A stretch of DNA of 64,000 nt, from contig CAVQFQ010000017.1 of NCBI GenBank assembly GCA_963711835.1, positions 384,001 through 448,000 of the forward strand, in the 5' to 3' direction. Below, one piece after another: positions 9,283 through 18,472 of this stretch. Source of the stretch: an uncultured delta proteobacterium. Lineage in GTDB: Bacteria; Desulfobacterota; RBG-13-43-22. Each line of letters starts with the position of its first letter. The first letter of the stretch is position 1. The notes beneath the pieces were generated by a model. That model was not told the origin of the DNA. It searched no databases and saw nothing but the letters and a program-made list of their open reading frames with translations. The translations under genes and the position numbers were made by a program.

Positions 9283-10680
9283 ATGAATCCCGAACAAACA
9301 GAACTGCTTAAAAAAATTCCGGCCGTTACCCTGCTCCTTGAAGAACCTGAATGTCAGGCGTTTCTGGCCCGAACTTCACGGAAACATCTCCTGGCCGTGA
9401 TCCGGGAGATCCTGGATCAGAAAAGAAACCAGATTCTTTCCGGGCAAAGCCCAGCCCTTGAAAAGCATCATTTATGGGAGGAAATCGGGGAACGCCTCGA
9501 CTCCAAGGCCGCCTACCACCTGCGGCGGGTGGTCAATGGAACGGGGGTCATTGTTCATACCAACTTAGGACGATCCTTGTTGGCCGCCCAGGCCCTGGAG
9601 CAGATGCAATGGGTGGCCCGCTATTATTCCAATCTGGAGTTTGACCTGGAACAGGGCCGGCGTGGCAGCCGTTATACCCATGTAGAGGATATCCTCATGG
9701 AACTCACCGGGGCTGAAGCGGCTTTAGTGGTGAATAATAATGCGGCGGCGGTTCTTTTAGCTCTCAATACCCTGGCCAAGGGCAAGGAAGTTATTGTCTC
9801 CCGGGGGCAATTGGTGGAAATCGGCGGTTCCTTTCGGATCCCGGAAGTAATGACCCGGAGCGGTGCTGTGTTAAAAGAAGTGGGGACCACCAATAAAACC
9901 CACCTCAGGGACTATGAGGCGGCCATCTCCGAGGAAACGGCCCTGTTGCTGAAGGTCCATACCAGTAATTACCGGATTGTCGGCTTTACGGCCGAGGTGT
10001 CTCTGGAGGAGCTGGTGGACCTGGGGCAGCGGCATCGCCTTCCGGTCATGGAAGACCTGGGAAGCGGGACCCTGCTGGACGTCTCACGCTGGGGATTGGA
10101 GAAAGAACCTACCGTGGTTGAAGTGGTTCAATCCGGCTGCGATCTGGTTACCTTCAGCGGGGACAAGTTGTTGGGGGGGCCCCAGGCGGGAATTATTGTG
10201 GGCCGGGAAAAATTGGTCCAGGCCTTGCGAAGCAATCCTTTGAACCGGGCCCTGCGCATTGACAAATTGACCCTGGCTGCCCTGGAAGCCACCTTAAAGC
10301 TATACCGGAACGAGGAACAAGCCCTGCGGGATATTCCCACGCTGGCCCAAATGGCCATTCCCTTGCCGCAACTGCACCGACGGGCCAGGCGCCTTTATCG
10401 CCTATTAACCAAGGATCCGCTTCCCGAAATAAGCCTCGAGATCATCCCTACCACCTCTCAAGTGGGGGGCGGTGCCCTGCCCTTGTCCTTTCTTGACTCC
10501 TATGCCTTGAGTTTTACACCCGGCCGGATCTCGGTCGCAGAATTAGAGCAGAAATTTCGCAGCTTTTCGACCCCCATTATCGGGCGGATTGAAAAAGACA
10601 GATTCCTGCTGGATGTTCGGACCCTGCAGGACGACGACCCGCCCTTTATTTCCGCCTGCCTTAAAGAACAAGCCGGGTAG
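9283..10680 (+). CDS. selA: L-seryl-tRNA(Sec) selenium transferase
   Basis: VVNGTGVIVHTNLGRS, VNNNAAA, SRGQLVEIGGSFRIP, PLP lysine motif FSGDKLLGGPQAG. Confidence 0.97.
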   Translation: MNPEQTELLKKIPAVTLLLEEPECQAFLARTSRKHLLAVIREILDQKRNQILSGQSPALEKHHLWEEIGERLDSKAAYHLRRVVNGTGVIVHTNLGRSLLAAQALEQMQWVARYYSNLEFDLEQGRRGSRYTHVEDILMELTGAEAALVVNNNAAAVLLALNTLAKGKEVIVSRGQLVEIGGSFRIPEVMTRSGAVLKEVGTTNKTHLRDYEAAISEETALLLKVHTSNYRIVGFTAEVSLEELVDLGQRHRLPVMEDLGSGTLLDVSRWGLEKEPTVVEVVQSGCDLVTFSGDKLLGGPQAGIIVGREKLVQALRSNPLNRALRIDKLTLAALEATLKLYRNEEQALRDIPTLAQMAIPLPQLHRRARRLYRLLTKDPLPEISLEIIPTTSQVGGGALPLSFLDSYALSFTPGRISVAELEQKFRSFSTPIIGRIEKDRFLLDVRTLQDDDPPFISACLKEQAG

Positions 10681-10697
10681 ACCGGGATAGGGATTAG

Positions 10698-11053
10698 GCC
10701 GCCTCTTAAAATTCGAGTTTGTCCCAAAGTTACGTGATTTTTAAGCACTCCATCCATAGAGGGCTTCAGGGGTCTTGTTTTCAAGGATTGTCCGCCAAAA
10801 CGCCGGCAGCCTGAACCCGGGCAGGAAGTTTATAGGTGGGTTTAGAAACAGGCCAACACCAAAGCGATTTATCGTCTTGGATGAATGCCCGGCTCCCAAC
10901 CAACTTCGAAATTCGGGCCGGGTTGGGGCTACAACTTACCTTTCGGACAACCTTGAAAACAAGACCCCTGAAGCCCTTTGGGGTGATTTAATATTTTAAG
11001 AAGCCTACCTTTCGGTTTGAGAATCACGTAACTTTGGGACTATCCCTAAAATT
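10698..11053. mobile_element. MITE-like element A with nested inverted repeats
   Basis: Perfect 19-bp IR gtcccaaagttacgtgatt (10721-10739 / 11022-11040) enclosing a 34-bp IR with one indel (10760-10794 / 10944-10977); no credible coding sequence. Confidence 0.75.
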
Positions 11054-12545
11054 CCAGCCGGAGTTGGCCGCCGCTGCGATCCTGGTGAAATTTCTCCAGC
11101 TCAACTTTTAACCAATCAGGCCAAAAAAGCTCATCAATGGGATAGCTGGCATCCAGGGCCTGGAAGGAACCCCGGCCGGCCACCTTTTGGATCCTGCCCT
11201 GTTGATTATAGCGCACCTCATCTACACCGACCAACCGAGCTACGGCTTTATTGATTTCATCCAAATCCTTGTCGTAGGGATTATCACCTTTAAATGCCCT
11301 TTGAACAGCCAGTTCCTGCAGACATTCCGGGCCGCGATGCCATTCCTTGAAGGAAGGGAAAAACATCGGGCCATAGGAAACCCAGAATTCAATATACTTG
11401 GCCCCGGCATTGTAGGTCACCCAGACCGATCCGCCCTGGCTGACGCTGCCCCTGACGATACTGTCATCCCCCATGGCCACGTTCTTGTCCTTCAGCAGGG
11501 ATTCCACCCCGCCGAACTTAAGGCCTACCTCCTTGGTTCTGGTCTGGCTTTCCCCTTCCTGAAAGGTCCGCACCGCCTGGGGAAGTTTTATCAGGGCCGG
11601 GAAAAGGTTCTTTTTCAGCCCCTCGGCAATGCCTACGGTAACCCCCCAGCCCGATTCAGGGTTGGGGATGACCACCTCAGCCCGGGAATTTTTATAGTGG
11701 TCCACCAGTTCCAAGCCCAGTTCCCGGCGCAATTGGAATATCTCTTTGCCCCGGAAGAGGGAACCCACATTTCCGAAATAAACCCCCTGAAAGATATCGG
11801 GCATGAGGGGTTCTTCTCGTAACCGGCGGGTTTGGCATCCTCCGGAAGAACAGATAGTCATCTCGGCACCCTCATATTCTTTCTCGGTGATCCCTTCCAG
11901 CCGGCGGTGGGAGCAGGATTCGGAGCTGGCGACGAAGGTTCCATCAATCAGGGCGTAACAGAAAGGTTCAAAGGCCTTGGCGTCATTTAAGGCAATCAGG
12001 TGCGTTTCTCGGCCGTCATAGACCAGGGCCGCCAAAGCGAAGGTGGCCCGACCGGCCAGCTTCTCCAATAGTTTTTGACCGGCCTCAAAGGTCAGGCCTT
12101 CCTGGGTTAGATATTTGTGCAGGAGAGCGCCGATGATTTCGGTCTTGTTGTCGGTCTGAAGGGCATAGTCACCCTCCAACTCGGCCTTCAGGTCCCCTTC
12201 GGTAATCAGATACCCATCCATGGTCAAAGCAACCTTCAACCGGGACCCGCCCCGAGGGTAGATTTCCACCGGCTCGGCATTAATCTTTTCGGCAATTTTT
12301 CTCTTGGTGTAGCCCAAATTTCCCAAGGCCGCCATGGGATCGAGGTCTTGGAAATTTCGGATGACATTATAATCGATGACTTCAGCGATCCGGCCCAAGC
12401 CCTTATGAATGTAAATCCCCTTTTTGGTTCCGATGGCTATTCCGGTACTGGCCTTGCCCCGGTGCTGGCAGGCCCCGGTGGCCAAAAAGGTTTTGTTGAC
12501 CAACTCAGGGTCGCCAGGTCCGTAAATGCCTACGATACCGTCCAC
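11046..12545 (-). CDS. Amidophosphoribosyltransferase (PurF)-like protein lacking the catalytic Cys1
   Basis: QHRG, RTF and PRPP motif DDSIVRG retained; starts MDGIVG instead of MCGIVG; GTG start with RBS GAGGAGG. Confidence 0.8.
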   Translation of the reverse strand: MDGIVGIYGPGDPELVNKTFLATGACQHRGKASTGIAIGTKKGIYIHKGLGRIAEVIDYNVIRNFQDLDPMAALGNLGYTKRKIAEKINAEPVEIYPRGGSRLKVALTMDGYLITEGDLKAELEGDYALQTDNKTEIIGALLHKYLTQEGLTFEAGQKLLEKLAGRATFALAALVYDGRETHLIALNDAKAFEPFCYALIDGTFVASSESCSHRRLEGITEKEYEGAEMTICSSGGCQTRRLREEPLMPDIFQGVYFGNVGSLFRGKEIFQLRRELGLELVDHYKNSRAEVVIPNPESGWGVTVGIAEGLKKNLFPALIKLPQAVRTFQEGESQTRTKEVGLKFGGVESLLKDKNVAMGDDSIVRGSVSQGGSVWVTYNAGAKYIEFWVSYGPMFFPSFKEWHRGPECLQELAVQRAFKGDNPYDKDLDEINKAVARLVGVDEVRYNQQGRIQKVAGRGSFQALDASYPIDELFWPDWLKVELEKFHQDRSGGQLRLEF

Positions 12546-12589
12546 GGTTATTTCCTCCTCTTAGATGGGATTGGGCCTCAAACGAAAGG

Positions 12590-12618
12590 AGTATAGGGGC
12601 AACCCCCAAACGGGTCAA
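12590..12618 (-). promoter_or_regulatory. Sigma70 promoter of the purF-like gene
   Basis: TTGACC-N17-TATACT on minus strand. Confidence 0.65.
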
Positions 12619-12646
12619 GAAAGAAAAATAAATCCGGCGCCCCATC

Positions 12647-13156
12647 CTACCGGACCGCCGGGCTGGCAAATATTCCGGTCCAATAGGACCCGCAGGAACC
12701 CCCGGCGGCAAAACCGATTCCAATTTCCCTGTAAAAAGGATTCAGCATATTTTCCCGGTGGGTCTTATTTTTAAACCAGGCCTCAAAAATAAGCCGCGGA
12801 GATTCCTGTCCGCAGCCGATGTTTTCTCCGAAGGCCCGCCAGGCATAGCCGCTCTCCTCCAAGCGGGCTTTTGGCCCCTGGCCATCGGGATTGGTATGCT
12901 GGAAAAAATCCCTGCCCGACATATCCCGGCTATGGTTTCTGGCGACTCGGCTGAGCAAAGGGGATTTTTTCAGGATCGGGACTCCCAGCGTCCTCCTTTT
13001 TTGGTTCACCAGGACTGCCAGTTCCTCCTCAAAGACCAGGCCTTGGGTTTGGAGTTTATTGAAGGGCTGAACCGCCCAGGCAGACAAAACCAGGGCCGTA
13101 AGCGTAACAGCCGTTACGATAAAAAAAATAAGTCCCGACTTTAGGAAGACAACCAT
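12647..13156 (-). CDS. CAP (SCP/YkwD-like) domain protein
   Basis: VNQKR, ARNHSRDM..RDFFQH, GENIGCG, W.....HRENML; N-terminal TM; the longer start at 13228 lies inside element B. Confidence 0.88.
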   Translation of the reverse strand: MVVFLKSGLIFFIVTAVTLTALVLSAWAVQPFNKLQTQGLVFEEELAVLVNQKRRTLGVPILKKSPLLSRVARNHSRDMSGRDFFQHTNPDGQGPKARLEESGYAWRAFGENIGCGQESPRLIFEAWFKNKTHRENMLNPFYREIGIGFAAGGSCGSYWTGIFASPAVR

Positions 13157-13197
13157 CTTTTCAGGAACTGCCCGGACGCGGTTGATTGGGTGGGGAG

Positions 13198-13495
13198 TTA
13201 TTAAGGGTCTCAAAATAATAGTGACCAAGAGGGACCGGGGGGTCTTCTTCTCTGGGGTTGTCCAAAGGGTAACTCATCGCCCTATCCCGGCCCGGACGGC
13301 TAAGTGGATTAGGTGCAGGGCATTCACCCGAATCCGTTTCGGGCATTAGTGTAGGCCTGTCTCTAATTGATCCCGATTTGGCCGGCAAAGAAGCTTTGGG
13401 CTTGAAGGTGGACAACCCAGAAAAGAAGACCCCCCGGTCCCATTTAATGCAAGCTCCTCAATTTCATGTCAAGACTACTATGAGACCCTTAATAA
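13198..13495. mobile_element. MITE-like element B with nested inverted repeats
   Basis: 15-bp terminal IR ttattaagggtctca / tgagacccttaataa enclosing a 33-34 bp IR (13231-13264 / 13409-13441); second, shorter copy at 61139-61231. Confidence 0.8.
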
Positions 13496-13734
13496 ATAAT
13501 ATTTTCTTCTTTGAGTTTGCCGATAAAAAAATAGAAGGCGATCAGGTCGGCTTCTTCCACTTCCAGATTCCAGCCGTCTTTGACAGGATGAATTTTGAAT
13601 TCAAAAGCAAGGTCCCAGCGGCCAAACAGCTTCTTTAATTCAGGTGCTATCAGGTCCGGATCTCGAGAGACTAACTGGATTCCGTACCTCTCTTCCATCA
13701 GAGATCCTATGGCCAGGGGAAAATGGATCTGCAC
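13489..13734 (-). CDS. Small hypothetical protein downstream of livF
   Basis: 81-aa ORF co-oriented with the ABC operon; stop codon falls in the terminal IR of element B. Confidence 0.45.
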   Translation of the reverse strand: MQIHFPLAIGSLMEERYGIQLVSRDPDLIAPELKKLFGRWDLAFEFKIHPVKDGWNLEVEEADLIAFYFFIGKLKEENIIY

Positions 13735-13750
13735 GGCCCAAGGCTTTCAG

Positions 13751-14455
13751 TTATAACCCCAGATAAGCGCGGCAGACATGGTCGTCCTGCAGCAGTTCCT
13801 GAGCCGGGCCGTGCATGACCATTTCACCGTTTTCGAGAACATAGGCCCTGCGGGCCAGGCGCAGGGCGTGGTGGATATTTTGCTCCACCAGAAGAATGGT
13901 CATTCCATCCTGATTTATCCGGTGGATGATCTCGAAGATAGTGTTGACTAAAATGGGAGACAGGCCCAGAGAAGGTTCATCCAGCATCAAAATTTTAGGT
14001 TTGGACATGAGGCCCCGCCCGATAGCCAGCATCTGCTGCTCTCCGCCGGAGAGTGTGCCGGCGGTCTGACCCTTCCGTTCCTCCAGACGGGGGAAAAGCT
14101 TATAAATCCCTTTCAGATTCGCGTTTTTGTCCTTGCGGGCCTGGGGGTTCAAGGCCCCCAATTCCAGATTTTCCAGGACCGTCATGGAAGGAAAAAGTTG
14201 CCGGCCTTCCGGAATCTGGATGAGGCCCATTTCCACAATATCCGAGGTGGATCGATTGGAAATGGGCTGGTTGTACCAGGTGATGGCGCCTTTCCGGGCC
14301 CGCAGCATCCCGGAAATAGTCTTGATCAGGGTGGATTTGCCGGACCCATTGGAGCCTATGATCGTGACGATCTCGCCTTCCGATACCTCCAGGGAGACAG
14401 CGCGCAGGGCCTGCAAGTCGCCGTAAAAGACGTCTACCTTTTCAACCTTTAACAA
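13751..14455 (-). CDS. livF: Liv-type ABC transporter ATPase (LivF-like)
   Basis: GSNGSGKST, PEGRQLF, LSGGEQQM, LDEPSLGL, LVEQN. Confidence 0.92.
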   Translation of the reverse strand: MLKVEKVDVFYGDLQALRAVSLEVSEGEIVTIIGSNGSGKSTLIKTISGMLRARKGAITWYNQPISNRSTSDIVEMGLIQIPEGRQLFPSMTVLENLELGALNPQARKDKNANLKGIYKLFPRLEERKGQTAGTLSGGEQQMLAIGRGLMSKPKILMLDEPSLGLSPILVNTIFEIIHRINQDGMTILLVEQNIHHALRLARRAYVLENGEMVMHGPAQELLQDDHVCRAYLGL

Positions 14456-15174
14456 GGCTTATAATCCTCTCCCAGATAGGCTTCAACAACCAAGGGATTC
14501 TTGACCACCTCATCAGGCAGGCCCTCGGCGATCTTTTCCCCGAAATTCAAGACCAGAATGCGTTGGGAGAGGGCCATCACCCCGCGCATGACATGCTCGA
14601 TCAGGAGCACCGTGATACCCCGTTGATTGATCTCCTTGATCAACCGGATCAGGGTATCGGTTTCCGTGGGATTGATCCCGGCCATGACCTCGTCGAGCAT
14701 CAACAGGGTAGGGTCGGTGGCCAGGGTGCGGGCCAGCTCCAGGCGCTTGCGGTGGGGAAGGGTCAATTCGTTGGCCAGGGCCGATTTCTTGTCTGCCAGT
14801 CCGACCAGTTCAATCACCTCGGCCGCCTTTTTATGGGCTTCCCTTAGCGATGTAAGACGGTTAAAGGCGGCCACGATGACATTGTCCATGACCGTTAATT
14901 CCAGAAAAGGTTTGACAATCTGGAAGGTCCGGGCCATTCCCAGCCGGCAGATCTGATGGGGTTTGAGCCCCAGGACCGACCGGCCCTGAAAATAAATCCG
15001 GCCGCTGTCCGGCCCGATATAACCGGTCATGATGTTAAAAAGGGTGGTTTTTCCGGCGCCATTGGGGCCGATGACCGCCACCATCTCCCCTGGGTCGAGC
15101 TGCAGGGAAACATCATTCAAAGCCCGGAGGCCGCCGAAATTCTTGCCCACCTTTTCAACAGCCAACAGGCTCAC
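14449..15174 (-). CDS. livG: Liv-type ABC transporter ATPase (LivG-like)
   Basis: GPNGAGKTT, ARTFQ, LDEVMAG, IEHVM, EAYLG. Confidence 0.92.
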   Translation of the reverse strand: MSLLAVEKVGKNFGGLRALNDVSLQLDPGEMVAVIGPNGAGKTTLFNIMTGYIGPDSGRIYFQGRSVLGLKPHQICRLGMARTFQIVKPFLELTVMDNVIVAAFNRLTSLREAHKKAAEVIELVGLADKKSALANELTLPHRKRLELARTLATDPTLLMLDEVMAGINPTETDTLIRLIKEINQRGITVLLIEHVMRGVMALSQRILVLNFGEKIAEGLPDEVVKNPLVVEAYLGEDYKPC

Positions 15175-16142
15175 GGTTTGTCCCCTTTAATAAAAAACGG
15201 CCTCAAGACCCTGTTCAGGAGCGGCATGATCCCCCTGGGAAAAAAGAAAACCGCGAAGATCAGGACAAAGCCATAGATGACCATGTGCAGTCCGGGGCGG
15301 CCCACTTCGGCCAGATAAGCCCGGGTCCATTCGGCCGGCAAGGTGATTAAAAAGGAACCCACGATAGGGCCCAGCACGGTGCCCATTCCCCCAATGATCG
15401 GACGCAGGATTATTTCAATGGAGAGTCCCATGCTCATGACCCGGTCCGGGCTCAGATGGAAAATGCGGTTGGCATCAAAGGTGCCTCCCAGGGCGGTCAT
15501 AAACCCGCTCAGGGCAATGGCCCACATTTTGTATTTGAAGGTATTGACCCCCAGGCTTTCGGCGGCCTCCTCATCATCACGGATAGCCACCAGACAGCGG
15601 CCGAATTTTGAAACTTCCATGGTTCGAACGACCAGGACTGAAAATAAGAGCAAGCCCAGGGCAATATAGTAGTAGGGGATGTTTCCTTTAAACTGCATAT
15701 TCCAGAAACCCGGTTTATAATCGAGAAACAGGCCCATGAAAGAACCGAGACTATCCATATGCAGGGCGATCAGGCGGCCGATCTCGGCGAAGGAAATGGT
15801 AATCAGGACAAAATAAACACCCCGGAGACCGAAACGAAACCCCAGAAAGCCGATAAATAGACCGATAGCCATGGCGAAAAAGGCCCCGATGACCATCCCC
15901 ACCCAGGGAGTCAGCCCGAAAACGATAGCCAGGCGGGTGGAGGTATAGGCCCCGATACCGACATAAAGGGCATGACCCAGGGAAATGCTCCCCGTATAGC
16001 CGGTCAGGATATTCCAGCACTGCCCCAGATAGGCGTAGAAGAAGATCAGGATAAAAATCTCCAGCCAGTAATTACTGAGAAACTGGGGAAGGAATAGGAG
16101 GATGACCAGGAGGCCTCCCAGAAAAAAATAAAGGCGTTTCAT
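15171..16142 (-). CDS. livM: Liv-type ABC permease (LivM-like)
   Basis: WNILTGYTG.ISLGH, AIRDDE.AA.SLG, IIGGMG; ATG 16142 overlaps livH stop (ATGA). Confidence 0.9.
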   Translation of the reverse strand: MKRLYFFLGGLLVILLFLPQFLSNYWLEIFILIFFYAYLGQCWNILTGYTGSISLGHALYVGIGAYTSTRLAIVFGLTPWVGMVIGAFFAMAIGLFIGFLGFRFGLRGVYFVLITISFAEIGRLIALHMDSLGSFMGLFLDYKPGFWNMQFKGNIPYYYIALGLLLFSVLVVRTMEVSKFGRCLVAIRDDEEAAESLGVNTFKYKMWAIALSGFMTALGGTFDANRIFHLSPDRVMSMGLSIEIILRPIIGGMGTVLGPIVGSFLITLPAEWTRAYLAEVGRPGLHMVIYGFVLIFAVFFFPRGIMPLLNRVLRPFFIKGDKP

Positions 16143-17008
16143 CCCTTGCCTCCGAAGAGGCCCTGAGGTCTGAAAAGCAGGATAACGACCATAATAGTGA
16201 AACTGACCACCTGTTTCATGGAACTGGGCAGGAAGACCGTTCCCAGAGATTCGGCCACCCCGATGATCAAGCCCCCGACCAGGGCTCCGACCAGGCTGCC
16301 CATACCCCCCAGGATGACAATGACGAAGGAGACCATGGTGTAGGGGGCGCCCATGGTGGCCTTGGCCGGCATAAGCGGCACCAGCAGGGCGCCGGCCGCA
16401 CCGACACAGGCCGCCCCGATGCCGAAGCAAATCCCGTAAATTCGGTTGATATGGGTGCCGATGATCAAGGCCCCGAAGCGGTTGTCGGCCGCGGCCCGGA
16501 TCGCTTTGCCGATGCTGGTTTTTTTTAAGAAAACCATGACCATCAGGGTGATCAGAATGGCCAGACAAAAAGCGATCAGCCGGGGGAGATCTATGGTGAT
16601 GCCGCCCAACTGGAGCGAGGACAGGGCCAGGCTGGTCTTGGGGCTGATATCGCTGCCTCCCCAGATCATCAGGGTCCCGTTTTCAAAAATAATGCCCAGG
16701 CCCACCAGGACCAGGACCTGCATGGCCTCCGGCAGTTCCAGAATGCGGTTGACAAAAATCCGCTGGACCAGATAGCCGATGCCGAACATGATCGCCGCCA
16801 CGATCACCAGGGAAAGATAGGGATCCATCCCTAACCAGAGCAGCAAGGTGATGGAAATGAACATGGCAAAGACCATCATCTCGCCATGGGCGAAATTGAT
16901 GACCCGCATGACCCCGAAAATAAGGGAGAGGCCTAAGGCGATCAGGCCGTAGACCCCTCCCATTAGAAAGCCCTGGATAGCCAGTTGGAGGACTAACTCA
17001 GGATTCAT
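16139..17008 (-). CDS. livH: Liv-type ABC permease (LivH-like)
   Basis: GLSLIFGVMRVINFAHG, GKAIRA, VILGGMGS, RPQGLFG. Confidence 0.92.
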   Translation of the reverse strand: MNPELVLQLAIQGFLMGGVYGLIALGLSLIFGVMRVINFAHGEMMVFAMFISITLLLWLGMDPYLSLVIVAAIMFGIGYLVQRIFVNRILELPEAMQVLVLVGLGIIFENGTLMIWGGSDISPKTSLALSSLQLGGITIDLPRLIAFCLAILITLMVMVFLKKTSIGKAIRAAADNRFGALIIGTHINRIYGICFGIGAACVGAAGALLVPLMPAKATMGAPYTMVSFVIVILGGMGSLVGALVGGLIIGVAESLGTVFLPSSMKQVVSFTIMVVILLFRPQGLFGGKG

Positions 17009-17014
17009 CCATTT

Positions 17015-18298
17015 TTACCCGCGATCCCAGAGTTGCTTCCAGGGAAAGACATAAGGGGCTTCGGCGGCTTCTTTCGGCAGAACGACCTTAACCCGGTCGT
17101 CCATTTTGGGGTCCGGCAGGACCTGGACCATGGCCGTGGCGGCATGGATATTATCGCCCTTTTCATCAAAGACTACCGGTCCGCCGACCATGGGGTTGTC
17201 TTTAAAGTTGGTCTTCCTCAGGGCCTCCCTCAAAGCGTCCGGTGAGGTTGATTTGGCCCGTTCCAGGGCGTCGGCAATGACCAATACGCCTAAATAGGCA
17301 TAGCCTGAATTGGTATCGAGATATTTTCCGGGATAGGCTTTCTGGAACTGGGCATCGGCCTCTTTAAATTTAGGGCTTTTGGGATTGACCCAGGGCACGT
17401 TATCCAAAACATAGTAGGCCAGCTTGTCCATATCGCGGACGAATTCCGGTTCATACCAGCCCGGGCTGCCGGGGCTGATGATGCCCAGCAACTCAACCCG
17501 CTGTTTGTAGAGCTCCCTGATCAGCAGCTTGGCGTCCCCGGGCCGGGCAACAGGACATAACAGATCCGGTTTGGCCGCCTTGATCTTGGCCACTTCGGCC
17601 GATAAGTCCTTAACCCCCAGGGGATATTCGATGTGTTCAACGATCTCATAAGGAAGTTTATTATCCTTCACGTATTTAATGAAGGCCGCCCCCTGGCCGC
17701 GACCAAAGGCATCCCCGGCATTGGTCACGGCTATCCGTTTTATGCTGACCTTTTTTTCCTTGATGATCAGATCCAAGTACTTGGCCATGCTGGTCATGAA
17801 ATACTCGGTTTTGGCGAAGCAGCGGAAGACATTCTTATAACCCTTTGCTGTAATTGCGTCCAAGGCCGCAACATCGATTACGAAGGGAATGTTTCGCTGT
17901 TCGGCCAGGGTGGCGATGGCCATGGCTACTCCGCTCAGAAAAGGACCGACCAGGCAGACCGCCCCCTCCTTGAGTTGCCTTTCGGCCACGGTCCGGCCGA
18001 CCTCTTCTTTGGCTTCGTTGTCTCCCAATAGAAGCTTTAACTTGGCCCCGCCCATGGACTTGATGCCACCCTTGGCATTGATTTCATCCACCGCCAGCTT
18101 ATTCCCCCGCTGCATGGAAATGCCGATGTCCGGCAGGGGTCCGGTGACCGGTTGGATGGAGCCGATGATGATCTCCTTGGGTTGGGCCTTCAGGATGGCC
18201 GGAAAACCGGTGATGGTGGCCGCTGCACCCAGGGCGGCTGACGTTTTGATAAAAGTCCTGCGGTTCATTCCTTTGGTTTCTTCCTTGATCGCTTCCAT
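17015..18298 (-). CDS. Liv-type ABC substrate-binding protein with Tat signal
   Basis: NRRTFIK twin-arginine motif, AVDEINAKGGIKSMGGAKL; RBS AAGGAGG. Confidence 0.9.
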   Translation of the reverse strand: MEAIKEETKGMNRRTFIKTSAALGAAATITGFPAILKAQPKEIIIGSIQPVTGPLPDIGISMQRGNKLAVDEINAKGGIKSMGGAKLKLLLGDNEAKEEVGRTVAERQLKEGAVCLVGPFLSGVAMAIATLAEQRNIPFVIDVAALDAITAKGYKNVFRCFAKTEYFMTSMAKYLDLIIKEKKVSIKRIAVTNAGDAFGRGQGAAFIKYVKDNKLPYEIVEHIEYPLGVKDLSAEVAKIKAAKPDLLCPVARPGDAKLLIRELYKQRVELLGIISPGSPGWYEPEFVRDMDKLAYYVLDNVPWVNPKSPKFKEADAQFQKAYPGKYLDTNSGYAYLGVLVIADALERAKSTSPDALREALRKTNFKDNPMVGGPVVFDEKGDNIHAATAMVQVLPDPKMDDRVKVVLPKEAAEAPYVFPWKQLWDRG

Positions 18299-18472
18299 AC
18301 GCTCCTCCTTGATTAAAGTTTACACCCTGATTTTTCCGGCGATTTCCTCACCGGCTGGTCTTGCCGAATCTCTTTCTCCTCCCCCATCAGCCGCAGGGAA
18401 GGCCGGAAAATCCCCAATCGGATCCCACCTTATAGCATAGGAAGAAGGGCTTCTTCAACAATGAAAGCACTC

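Noticed and set aside
16143-16568. Long N-terminal extension of the livM ORF in the ORF track
   Set aside because: Alternative frame of livH; the real start is the ATGA overlap at 16142
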